This document shows positions 9,769 through 19,243 of a stretch of 64,000 nt of DNA, piece by piece; position 1 is the stretch's first letter, and every line of letters begins with the position of its first letter. Source of the stretch: Candidatus Omnitrophota bacterium. Its GTDB lineage: Bacteria; Omnitrophota; Gorgyraeia; Tantalellales; Tantalellaceae. Location: the NCBI GenBank assembly GCA_034723315.1, contig JAYEOV010000035.1:8329-72328 (forward strand), in the 5' to 3' direction. The notes under the pieces are model-generated. The model was not told the origin of the DNA. It did no database searches and saw nothing but the letters and a program-made list of their open reading frames with translations. The translations under genes were made by a program, and so were the position numbers.

Positions 9769-12700
9769 TTACGCGCAGATAGTTAGAATTGTATCCTGAA
9801 GATGATGTGTATCCTCGATATCATCCACGATCGGCGGGCAACTGTCAAAATCGGAGAAGAGCTTCTTGATGAGTTCTTCAAGGTTTTCATTTGTCGTGTT
9901 AATGATAATGTCGAATCGTTCGCCCGAAGTCAACCGTTCTTTAAGCTCGTCCGCGTCTCTGGCAGTGACGATATCACCTTTGAATCCTATAACCTTGAGT
10001 TTTCTTATCCCTTCTTCAAAATCGCTTCCATATACCAGGGCCACCTTATTGGCCGAGGCTATCTGCAGTTCCAGGGCTTTCTCATTTCTGGGAAGACTCA
10101 CTTTTAACGCTTCTTTTATATGACAAAATTTTTCATCCATGCGCATCGTTTTCGACATTATCCCTGAGATCAGGCCTTCATCTTCCAGCTGCACAAACCG
10201 TTCATCACCTACCGCATGGCCGGTGGAAATAAGGATCGGGAACTTATGGCCTCTTTCCCGGACTTTTTTCGTCAATATCAAGCCGTCAATAATATCACTT
10301 CCCCTGGCCGGCGGCATGCTCACGTCAAATATGGCAAGGTGGAACTTTAACCCCGCTTTTTCCGCCTCTTCTATCAGATCAAAGGCTTCCTGACCATTCA
10401 CGGCCAGCCAGACATTACAGCCTTCCTCCTCAAGCATGCTTTTAAACTGGTCTCTCTGGAGAAGCTCATCGTCAGCAACGATAATATTCGGCCTGTCTTT
10501 TACGATCTCCTCCGGCTTCCCGTGCAATTCTTCTTCTTCTTCTTCCATCTTAACCGGGACTCGTCTTTTACCCGGCTCAGCTTCCGCCTGCCGCAGATAA
10601 GGAATAAACATCCTGACCGCGGAACCGTCCTTCTCATTGTCAACCGTTATCCTTCCGGCAAGATACGTCAGTATCCTGTGAGCAAGCGCCAGTGAAATAT
10701 TTTTATTTTTCTCCCATTTAAGAACTTCTGCTCCCTTTTCCCCGGCTCCGAGCTCTACCCTTTCCAACTGGCTCTCAGTAAACCGGCAGTAATTATTTCT
10801 GAAAGAAACAATTACTTCTCCGCTTCTTCTGTTACGCTCGAGTTTTATGCTTAATCGTTTTTCCTGCGGATCCAGTCCCTCAACCGGGACCTCGTTAGTT
10901 TCCATCCCAAGGGTCAGGATGTTATATAATGCGAATTTAAAGGCCGCTTCGTCGGCCATGATGAAAATATCCTCTTCCGGCCGGTATAATGTCTCGACTT
11001 CATCAAAGGTGATCGTATATTGCGGGAAAAACCTTTTTGATTTCTTGAATGCAGACGCGATATCCTTAAGGACTTTTGCCACTTCTACCTGCCCCGGCTT
11101 TTTCTCAAAGCTGTCTCCTGCCGGCAGCAGAAGGCGCCCGTCGTCGATTCTTTCTTGTGTCGTGTGGAAACCTGTATATATCTTCTCAATATATTGCCTT
11201 AACTTTTCATTATCAGATCCGGCTGTTTCTTTTATAAGCTTTTCAATCGACGACAACATACCTACCATATTTATCTCTATGATCCTGAGCGTTTCAGCCG
11301 GGGCAACATTTTTTAACATAGCCTGCACCTGCCTTACCGACTCTGCCAAACGAGGCTCATGTAAAGCGGTATCCAGGTCAATATCTTTCATTATGTTCTC
11401 TACCTGTTCCATCAGGTTTTTCACTTTAATGGCCAGGACCGGATCAACGCTCTCCATTGCGGTCTGCATTTGTTTTACCAGGATCATCGCATCTTTAGCC
11501 TGGAGAAGATCAGTCGGGTCCTTGAGGATAATTGTCGGTATATTCTGCATCATCCTTATCATGTTTACTGCCTCATCCATCTGTCCGCTGATCAATTTGC
11601 ACTTTGCCAGGATATCCTCAGGCAGGTCCGGCATAAAAGTCATTATCAATTCAAGATAACCTCTACTTCCGGCTATCGCGTTGTTAAGGTCATGCCACAA
11701 GCTGCCGTATATGTTGTCCTGCGCTTCAGACGCACGGAGTTTTATCCTGTCCAGTCGACGTTCAACCAGAGGGAATTCCATTGTAAATGTCGTCCCGTGC
11801 CCTAACTGACTTTTCGCTTCCGCTGTGCCGTTATGCTCCTGGGCGACATCCCTGACGACAACAAGCCCAAGGCCGGTCCCCATACCGTCATCCCTTTTCG
11901 TATAAAAGGGTTCCCAGATATTTTGCAGGTCTTTTGCCGTGATCCCGCATCCTGTATCTCTAAAAGATACACGCATTACGTCCCTGCCTTTCTCATCCTT
12001 TGTTTTTTCCGTACCGAGAGTCAATTCCTTTGTCTTCGAGTCTCTCATAAACGATACAGCATTCATGATAATGTTAAGGAAAGCCTGTCTTAACCTGCTT
12101 CTATTGGCAATGACCACCTGCCGGTGTTCGCTTAATTCCAGTTTTACCGTTATACCCATACTCTCTATCATTGTCTTTCTCATCTCCAGGACATCCAGCA
12201 GGACTTCTTCGACGGAACAGGGGAGGTTCCCCAAATCCGGCGATCTCGCGAAGCCCAGAAACCTGTCCGTGATATCGGCAATACGCTCTGCTTCCTGTTC
12301 AATAATCGCCAGCGTCCGGATAATCTCTTCCTCTTCCACAAATCCCCCTTTGTACAGGCGGGTGAGGATCCCGTCAACAATATTAATTATGTTAGACGTG
12401 GGATTGTTTATCTCGTGAGTCAGCGCCGCTGTGTTTTCTCCGATCGCTGTAAGCCTTTCAGCCTGGACCAGGAGCGCTGTCTTTTCCTCCAATTTCGCAT
12501 AGGCGTTCTTCAGGGCGTTTTCAGCCTGTCTCCGCTTTGTAATATCCTGCATCTGCACTAAAAAACCAGACGGAACGCCGTTTTCCACGGCCAGGGGCGT
12601 TACCCTGTAATCTATGAAGACCCTCCCTGACTTTGCCTCTCCGGACAATCCGGCTTTTTTAGGCTTATCAAAATCAATTTCGTTTTCGAAGCTGATACAT

Positions 12701-15405
12701 TCTCCTTTACGAACCCTGTCTTTTTCCGTACCTATGATAATATCAAGAAAATCGAAGAGATTTAATACTTCTCTTTCTTTCCCAAAATCGGCAATGCCGT
12801 TTTCTTCTAAATACGCTCTGTCTACATATAGAAACGCCTTGTTCACATAGGTCAAGCGGCCGTCAGAATCAAAACGGGCGATCCCGATCGGCGATTCTTC
12901 GGAAATTTCCCTGAATTTCTGCTCGCTCTCCCTCAACGCTATCGCCGCGTCTCTGCGCTCTTCTTCCCGTGTAACCGCTTCCGCAAGGATCCCGAAAAGT
13001 TTCATATCACTATCATCAAGTTCAACACTTTCCTTGTATAGCACACAGAGGCTTCCAACGCGCTGCCCGGCGCTATATACCGGAAATCCGATATAGGTCC
13101 TGAACCCGTACTTCGCCACATTGGGATCGGTTTTGGAATAAGCGGTCTCTTTTACATTTCTAACAATATAAGGAAGCCCTCTAAGGCCTTTTTTGATAAC
13201 ATCATAACAGATATGGCCATCCGGTTTATCAACCGGATTATAGTCAGGTGGAGTCTCCCACTGACCTACCGAGCATAACATGCCGCCTTCCATCCTGTTA
13301 TACAAAGCACAGTCTCCGTTTAAAAATTCCCCGCAGGTCCTGGTAAGTATTTGAATATTCTCGTCATAATCGGTCCCGAGCCTGAGAAGTGCGTCATTCA
13401 GCATTAAAATACGTTCTTCTGCCAGCTTGAGCTCTGTGATGTCGCTACCCACACACAGGATCCCGGAGATGTTCCCCTTGGCATCAAAAATCGGCTTATT
13501 GGTCCATGCGATGTAGACCAGTTCGCCATCCTTACGCAAATTTGCGGTCACGTTATTGACATAATACTCGGGGTATTTTCTTATATTCAGGATCATTTCC
13601 TCGAGGTCCTGTCTGGATTTTTTTGTTTCAGGCATGATCGTGCCGATCATATTCCGGCCGAGCAATTCTTTCTCCGAATAGCCCAGAAACATCCGGGTGA
13701 ACTCATTCGCGAAAGTAATTTCTCCGTTCAAGTTCATCCTCAAAATAATGCTGTTGGCGTTCTGGACCAGATCGCGGTATTTAAGTTCACTTTCCCTGAG
13801 CCTTTCTTCCGCCTGCCTACGTGCCATCCCTCTTGAAATAATATCGCCTGCCACACGGAGGATCCTCGCGTCTTTATCACACCAATCGCGGTGCTTTTCT
13901 GTGTCTTCAATACCCATATATCCGACAAGTTCTCCATCTATCGAATACAGAGGCACAATAATAAGAGAAAAAACATTCTGATCCCGCATACTCTCCTTTT
14001 CCGCGGTCGCATCCTCCGGAAGATCATCGGTGCCCCGAATAATTATGTTTTCATTGTTCCTGAGTTTTTTCATCAACCACGGGTATATGGAAGAAACCTG
14101 ATCCTTACGGTTCTCTATCTGCGGTTCTGTATCCGGATCGCACCACTCATATGTGTTATCCATTATGCTGCCGTTTTCCCGGAAGCGAAAAATATACGCC
14201 CTATTCACGTCGACCGCTCTCCCTATAATTTTGAGGATCTGATCAAGGTCAGGGATGGGGCCTTCAACGAACATACTTGATACCTGCGCAAGAGCTTTCT
14301 CTATGTCAAGACGATATGTTAATTCTTCCTCAACCTGACGCTGATCGGCAGAATAGTCTCTGGTGGTTATTTTTTCGGTAAGATCGATAAATTCCGAGAC
14401 CCTGGCCTCATTGAGCAGATTCATCTCTCTTCCTGTCAGGTTCATCTCAGAAGGGAAAGTGCCGGGAAGGTCTATTTTTCTATCGCTAAAGCATTGAACA
14501 AAACGCTTGAATATATCCTGGAACAGGTTAGACTCCTCGTGTGTAAACCCGGCTTTTGCGAATATTTCATGAACAATTGTATCGGCATTTAAATATACCA
14601 GTTCATTTGGAAGATAAATGCCGCGGCCGCCCGCATGCGGCTCTTCTAACCTGTATTCCTTCCTCGTCTCAGTGATGAGCATAAGCTGGCTAATGCTGAC
14701 AAGTTCCCTGAAGTCTCTGGAAAGCCCGGTAGATACAATATCAAGGAACGCGTAAATACAGGAAAGGGGAAGGCCATAATTTTTCTCTGTTACAATCATA
14801 CACTTGCCGGCAAGTATGGCTTCCCGGATCTTCTCGTCATGTTTTTTTTCGCTCTCCGCAGCCATGGATATCGCGCGACCTTCCAGTCTTTCGGCATACT
14901 TTAACTGTTGGAGCTTTTCGAGAAGATCCTTTTGATTTTTTTCACGTTGCGTCAAAAACGTGATCTTATATTGAGGATCCGTACCGGGACTATCGGTTAT
15001 ACAACACCAGTAATCAGCCACCCTTTCTACTGTTCCAAATGTACACGGAACCAGGCGTAATCCAGCTTTTTTGCAATTGACCGCCCGGCTGAAATAAAAC
15101 CTTATCCTAATGTCTTCTATGTTGAAATTTATGCCCAATGATGAAGCGGAGTGGTCGCCCCATTCATTCATTACGTCTATTTTTTTATTACGCATACCTG
15201 AAACAAGGACATATTCGAGTAACGCGATATCTTTGATCTCCTTGTTAAGCAAGGGAAGAAATATGGATTGCGGCGCTATGTTTCTACCAGCAAATCTCAT
15301 GGCATAAGCCGGACTTACGCTTGTTGAAGTAATCAATAATAAAACCGTAATTATTATACTGGTTGCCTTTATTATTAAGCTATTTTTTCTTTTAAACAAT
15401 ATCAT
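9769..15405 (-). CDS. Large hybrid histidine kinase (signal peptide - unknown leader - GAF - PAS - GAF - PAS - HisKA - HATPase - HisKA-like - degenerate HATPase - REC)
   Basis: H-box THEINNP, N-box LNIIMNA, DTGCGI, EPFYT, GTGLGL. Second H-box WHDLNN. Receiver motifs ADD, FDVSMP, STG, SK. Confidence 0.92.
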   Translation of the reverse strand: MILFKRKNSLIIKATSIIITVLLLITSTSVSPAYAMRFAGRNIAPQSIFLPLLNKEIKDIALLEYVLVSGMRNKKIDVMNEWGDHSASSLGINFNIEDIRIRFYFSRAVNCKKAGLRLVPCTFGTVERVADYWCCITDSPGTDPQYKITFLTQREKNQKDLLEKLQQLKYAERLEGRAISMAAESEKKHDEKIREAILAGKCMIVTEKNYGLPLSCIYAFLDIVSTGLSRDFRELVSISQLMLITETRKEYRLEEPHAGGRGIYLPNELVYLNADTIVHEIFAKAGFTHEESNLFQDIFKRFVQCFSDRKIDLPGTFPSEMNLTGREMNLLNEARVSEFIDLTEKITTRDYSADQRQVEEELTYRLDIEKALAQVSSMFVEGPIPDLDQILKIIGRAVDVNRAYIFRFRENGSIMDNTYEWCDPDTEPQIENRKDQVSSIYPWLMKKLRNNENIIIRGTDDLPEDATAEKESMRDQNVFSLIIVPLYSIDGELVGYMGIEDTEKHRDWCDKDARILRVAGDIISRGMARRQAEERLRESELKYRDLVQNANSIILRMNLNGEITFANEFTRMFLGYSEKELLGRNMIGTIMPETKKSRQDLEEMILNIRKYPEYYVNNVTANLRKDGELVYIAWTNKPIFDAKGNISGILCVGSDITELKLAEERILMLNDALLRLGTDYDENIQILTRTCGEFLNGDCALYNRMEGGMLCSVGQWETPPDYNPVDKPDGHICYDVIKKGLRGLPYIVRNVKETAYSKTDPNVAKYGFRTYIGFPVYSAGQRVGSLCVLYKESVELDDSDMKLFGILAEAVTREEERRDAAIALRESEQKFREISEESPIGIARFDSDGRLTYVNKAFLYVDRAYLEENGIADFGKEREVLNLFDFLDIIIGTEKDRVRKGECISFENEIDFDKPKKAGLSGEAKSGRVFIDYRVTPLAVENGVPSGFLVQMQDITKRRQAENALKNAYAKLEEKTALLVQAERLTAIGENTAALTHEINNPTSNIINIVDGILTRLYKGGFVEEEEIIRTLAIIEQEAERIADITDRFLGFARSPDLGNLPCSVEEVLLDVLEMRKTMIESMGITVKLELSEHRQVVIANRSRLRQAFLNIIMNAVSFMRDSKTKELTLGTEKTKDEKGRDVMRVSFRDTGCGITAKDLQNIWEPFYTKRDDGMGTGLGLVVVRDVAQEHNGTAEAKSQLGHGTTFTMEFPLVERRLDRIKLRASEAQDNIYGSLWHDLNNAIAGSRGYLELIMTFMPDLPEDILAKCKLISGQMDEAVNMIRMMQNIPTIILKDPTDLLQAKDAMILVKQMQTAMESVDPVLAIKVKNLMEQVENIMKDIDLDTALHEPRLAESVRQVQAMLKNVAPAETLRIIEINMVGMLSSIEKLIKETAGSDNEKLRQYIEKIYTGFHTTQERIDDGRLLLPAGDSFEKKPGQVEVAKVLKDIASAFKKSKRFFPQYTITFDEVETLYRPEEDIFIMADEAAFKFALYNILTLGMETNEVPVEGLDPQEKRLSIKLERNRRSGEVIVSFRNNYCRFTESQLERVELGAGEKGAEVLKWEKNKNISLALAHRILTYLAGRITVDNEKDGSAVRMFIPYLRQAEAEPGKRRVPVKMEEEEEELHGKPEEIVKDRPNIIVADDELLQRDQFKSMLEEEGCNVWLAVNGQEAFDLIEEAEKAGLKFHLAIFDVSMPPARGSDIIDGLILTKKVRERGHKFPILISTGHAVGDERFVQLEDEGLISGIMSKTMRMDEKFCHIKEALKVSLPRNEKALELQIASANKVALVYGSDFEEGIRKLKVIGFKGDIVTARDADELKERLTSGERFDIIINTTNENLEELIKKLFSDFDSCPPIVDDIEDTHHLQDTILTICA

Positions 15406-16181
15406 GTTTTCCGAATTCTTCCCTTCTTTTTACCGTATTTCAATACTAGATTTTTTAGAATAATAAGTTATTTGCCTTTTTTTTGTGCTAACTCTAATAT
15501 ATTATCATAATTATTTTAAAAGTCAACAAAAATATTTACATATAGTGTATTTGTAAAAAATGAAATATTTAGCATGTTTAGGAGTAAAACTGCGGATATT
15601 TATCTAACTCAGTACTTCAGAAATATTAACAAGGAAAATATTGGAAGTTCAAAAAAACACATATTTATCTCATAACTTCTTTATTGCCCGATATTTAGGT
15701 TCGTAAGCCGCACTGAGGCATTCTTTGACAGACTGAAATCCTTGATCAAATGAAACAGCTATCTGAAGAAATGAAACTCGTCAATGCAAAGCTTTAAAAG
15801 TGGATTAGAATTACGGCCGCATTATAACTTTTTTATTAATAAAAATTGTTAACCTCGAATTGTTTGTTATGCTTGTACTAGGTGGGATTTGCATTATTGA
15901 ACACTCTCAAATTGGTCCAAAACTTTATGCAAAACGCGGAAGTCGGGTTAACAATCTCTTACCGTAATGAAGTAATGTTAAATTTACAATAGATAGAATA
16001 ATCCCCTTGTATATTAATAATGTTAAGGTATAGTTAATATGTTGATATTAAATGTATTTGGCTTTGTAATTTTTTACAAATTTATTAAAGGTTTGCTTAG
16101 AAGAAGAAAACAGCCTTGAAGATTTATTTTTTGGTTTTTAAAAAGTTTTTGAAAATGCCGAAACTAAAAAGGCGAATTACG

Positions 16182-17420
16182 ATGAACAAAACAAGAACAA
16201 AGAACAATGGGTTTGCCATGGCGGTCATGGCAGTAATGGTTGTCCTGGTCATGGCATGGGTGGTGATCATAACGCCTGTCCCGCGAGCGCATGCCGACGA
16301 ATGGGTAACGCGGCAAATATCGGATAATACGTATATTGACGCCGAGCCATCTCTTTATAACGGCACCATAGCCTGGGTGCACCATATACCCGCGGGAGAC
16401 TGGCAGCAACGTCATATCTACTACTGGGACGGGACCTCAACCACGCAGATAACGCCGTATGAGAAGTCGACCTACGAAGAGCCATCTCTTTATAACGGCA
16501 AGATAGCTTGGAGGGATGGTTATGTCTACTACTGGGACGGGACCTCAACCACGCAGATGCCGATTCCGGGGGGTGGTCAGCACTCCCCGTCACTTTATAA
16601 CGGCAAGATAGCCTACATTGTCGGAGGCGGTGTATTTGATGTCCACTACTGGGACGGGGGTACGGCTACAAATATATCTAATAATACGGCTGGTACTTGG
16701 TCCGGGTCCCCATCACTTTATAACGGCACCATAGCCTGGCAAACCTGGCAGGATGGTGGTTACGGTATCAACTACTGGGACGGGGGTACGACTACACAGA
16801 TATCCGTTAGTGGCGCCAACCCGTCACTTTATAACGGGACGATAGCCTGGGCGGACAATGGTATCAACTACTGGGACGGGGGTACGACTACACAGATATC
16901 CGTTAGTGGCGCCAACCCGTCACTTTATAACGGGACGATAGCCTGGGCGGGCAATGGTATCAACTACTGGGACGGGGGTACGACTACACAGATATCAGGC
17001 AGTGGCACCAACCCGTCACTTTATAACGGCGATATAACCTGGCAAGGCTCGGATGGTAATGATGATGAGATCTTTTACGCGCGGCTGGCGTCGGCGTGGA
17101 TAGGTGACGCGATAGACTCACTCGGCCTGGCAGGATACACAGAAGCGGAGATACTTGATCTTGCGGACCTGTTCAGTGGTCAGACTTCCGGTCTGGTAAA
17201 CAGCATGGACTGGACATACCTGGCAGGGAACCTTCCGGGAGATACAGGGGGCGAGGTCTATGACATAGGAAACAGCTGGGAATATGACGGTAAATACTAT
17301 ATCAAGCTGGGGAGCGGGCTTGAAGGAACCGGAGTACCTGAGCTGCCGGCAGGCGCGATACCGTTTATCGGTGCGATCTTGTGTTTTGGATTAAGACGGT
17401 TAAGACGTTTTCACAAATAA
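16182..17420 (+). CDS. Secreted repeat (probable beta-propeller) protein with PEP-CTERM-like tail
   Basis: Signal peptide ending AHA, seven PSLYNG repeats, C-terminal VPELP + hydrophobic helix + RRLRR. Confidence 0.85.
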   Translation: MNKTRTKNNGFAMAVMAVMVVLVMAWVVIITPVPRAHADEWVTRQISDNTYIDAEPSLYNGTIAWVHHIPAGDWQQRHIYYWDGTSTTQITPYEKSTYEEPSLYNGKIAWRDGYVYYWDGTSTTQMPIPGGGQHSPSLYNGKIAYIVGGGVFDVHYWDGGTATNISNNTAGTWSGSPSLYNGTIAWQTWQDGGYGINYWDGGTTTQISVSGANPSLYNGTIAWADNGINYWDGGTTTQISVSGANPSLYNGTIAWAGNGINYWDGGTTTQISGSGTNPSLYNGDITWQGSDGNDDEIFYARLASAWIGDAIDSLGLAGYTEAEILDLADLFSGQTSGLVNSMDWTYLAGNLPGDTGGEVYDIGNSWEYDGKYYIKLGSGLEGTGVPELPAGAIPFIGAILCFGLRRLRRFHK

Positions 17421-17451
17421 AACGGGAAAAACCAAAAGGATGAAAAATCCC

Positions 17452-17498
17452 CGTTCAAAAAGAAACCCGGGTAAGTGCCCGGGTTTCTTTTTGAAACG
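17452..17498 (+). terminator. Intrinsic terminator (symmetric)
   Basis: AAAAAGAAACCCGGG-TAAGTG-CCCGGGTTTCTTTTT just after the stop codon. Confidence 0.85.
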
Positions 17499-17660
17499 TT
17501 ATACCTCCCCTTCCCTTTTCTCCGGGACCCCTTCAGGTCCTTGCTCTACTCAGGGTAAACTCTGGCCCTTCCTACGGCTTCCGGAGCACCTTGAATACGT
17601 CTATTTCGCCTGAATCAAGCACAAAATACCCAAAATACGCACGGACTCCTGCCAGAATGT

Positions 17661-17791
17661 TAGCGGAATGCGGCAGGTACTTTTAGCGAAATACGGCAGT
17701 TTTTATAGCGAACCGCGGCAGTTATCTGTGGCAGAATCCGTCAGTTGTCTCCCCCGGTAAGATCGCTCACCATAGTTGACGGAATATCGCT
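17661..17791. repeat. Four 22-23-bp spaced direct repeats plus one inverted copy
   Basis: TAGCGGAATGCGGCAG, TAGCGAAATACGGCAG, TAGCGAACCGCGGCAG and TGGCAGAATCCGTCAG start at 17661, 17684, 17706 and 17729. Confidence 0.65.
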
Positions 17792-17811
17792 GAGGTAATA
17801 TTATCTTTTCC

Positions 17812-18492
17812 ATAAAACTAAAAAAACCCGTCCTGCATTCGCCAAAACCAAAAGAAATATCCTGCCCCTACTGCGATTCGAAAGATATCATAAAAGCCGG
17901 GACAAGGAAGACCAGGTTCAGGAAAATACAAAGATACTTCTGCAAATATTGCCGCAGACAATTTACGGAAGAAAGATTAAAAGCTAAATCGTACCCGGCC
18001 CCGGCGAAAATAATTCTGAAGGCCAACTCACTTTATAATCTCGGGTACTCGCAGGAAATTGCCGCAAAGTTAATCGATCAACATTAGAAGAGGAAACCCC
18101 CGCAAAGAACGGTCAGCGACCGGGTGAACAAATATTCAAACCCCTGCGCGTATTAGACCTTAAGAAAAGAAGCCGTTAAGCTCCATAAGCCGCGGGAGAT
18201 AATACCGAGCGAAAAACTCCAGCACGGACAAGTCTATAATTTCAAGGTCCATCTGGCAAAGCTCGACCTCATCGAGAAAAGAAAAGTACTGCCGGAGAGA
18301 AAACTCAAAAGGCTAAGGGAATACCTGGAAAGGGTAACCGGCAAAGATCCAAAAGCCAGGCCTTTCCCCCACCATATATTTTCCATAGCGCCGGAAAACA
18401 CACATCAGGAAAAACGCGCCTCAAAACTGAGCGTAGAACTCCTGAAAATAACAAAACAGAGCAAGAAGAACTACGCTTTGTTATGCTTGTAA
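17812..18492 (+). pseudogene. Decayed InsA-like Zn-ribbon/HTH protein (mobile-element related)
   Basis: Manual translation gives CPYCDSKDIIKAGTRKT..IQRYFCKYCRRQFT..YNLGYS..HGQVYNFKVHLAKL..FPHHIF. In-frame TAG at 18085 and 18154, and no ATG start. Confidence 0.75.
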
Positions 18493-19020
18493 TTGTTGGG
18501 ATTTGTGAGCTTTTTCTACTTGCTCTAGATTTGAGCTTTTTGCTATGTCGCCAGGAGATGTTATTGCCGCTTCGGGAACTTCCGGAACTATATCAAGATT
18601 ACCACCTCTGTAGAAAGCTTCGTAACAAAGCTCTGAACAGAAATAATCGCGTTTTATTTGCCAGTTGTTAGCCGCATTTCTAAGAGGCAGACCAATTTTG
18701 GCCAGGAGCTTTAAAACCCCGAGCCAGATCACGCCTTTGAGGTCATATTTCTTATTTAATTTGTCCACAAGATAGGATATTGTTCCATTCAAATTATATG
18801 TGTTCTCTTGCCTGACCCTGAAAACATCATACTCTTGCATTATTTTTCTTATGTTCCTCGCTCTTACTCCACTTCCATTTATTGCCTCTATTGCCAGATC
18901 CATATCCGGTGAAACACAAATAGCAACGTGTGAATACTTGCTGTTTGTGCCCCATGCGATCCACCAGGAAGCGGAAAACATTTTTTCGGCCTTAAATAAT
19001 AAAATGTCGCCGGCTTTCAT
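18481..19020 (-). CDS. Permuted papain-like (NlpC/P60, YiiX/YebB family) enzyme
   Basis: GDILLF, catalytic His in YSHVAI before Cys in YFCSEL, terminal SPGDI, AGGAG RBS. Confidence 0.88.
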   Translation of the reverse strand: MKAGDILLFKAEKMFSASWWIAWGTNSKYSHVAICVSPDMDLAIEAINGSGVRARNIRKIMQEYDVFRVRQENTYNLNGTISYLVDKLNKKYDLKGVIWLGVLKLLAKIGLPLRNAANNWQIKRDYFCSELCYEAFYRGGNLDIVPEVPEAAITSPGDIAKSSNLEQVEKAHKSQQLQA

Positions 19021-19243
19021 GTTGATCTCCTGTTCTTTATAGACAGATCTCCCTACTTGCTTTGCTTGTTTCACTCGGGCTTGGATTGCCAATTTCTTGT
19101 AGATGCCCGGTTTCCGGCTCCTGAGTATAACTCTAAGAGCCGCCCTTCTTCTGTGCTCGCGCAGTGTCGCGGGGATAACAGAGGGGTTGGACCCCGCAAT
19201 ATCGCAAGAAAAACTTTCCCAAGAATTTCATACCCTTTCGGTT

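Noticed and set aside
15406-16115. Long AT-rich intergenic region as an origin or ncRNA
   Set aside because: I found no DnaA-box cluster or stable structure. It is best read as divergent promoters.
16764-17045. Regular repeats as a possible CRISPR array
   Set aside because: They are in-frame coding repeats with no unique spacers, and there are no cas genes.
17661-17750. 22-23-bp periodic repeats as a mini-CRISPR
   Set aside because: Units are degenerate and the gaps are only 6-7 nt.
18085-18156. Two in-frame TAG codons as stop-codon recoding
   Set aside because: TAG ends intact genes in this window (for example the malic enzyme and icd-neighbouring guaA-like genes), and the frame also lacks a start and is truncated.
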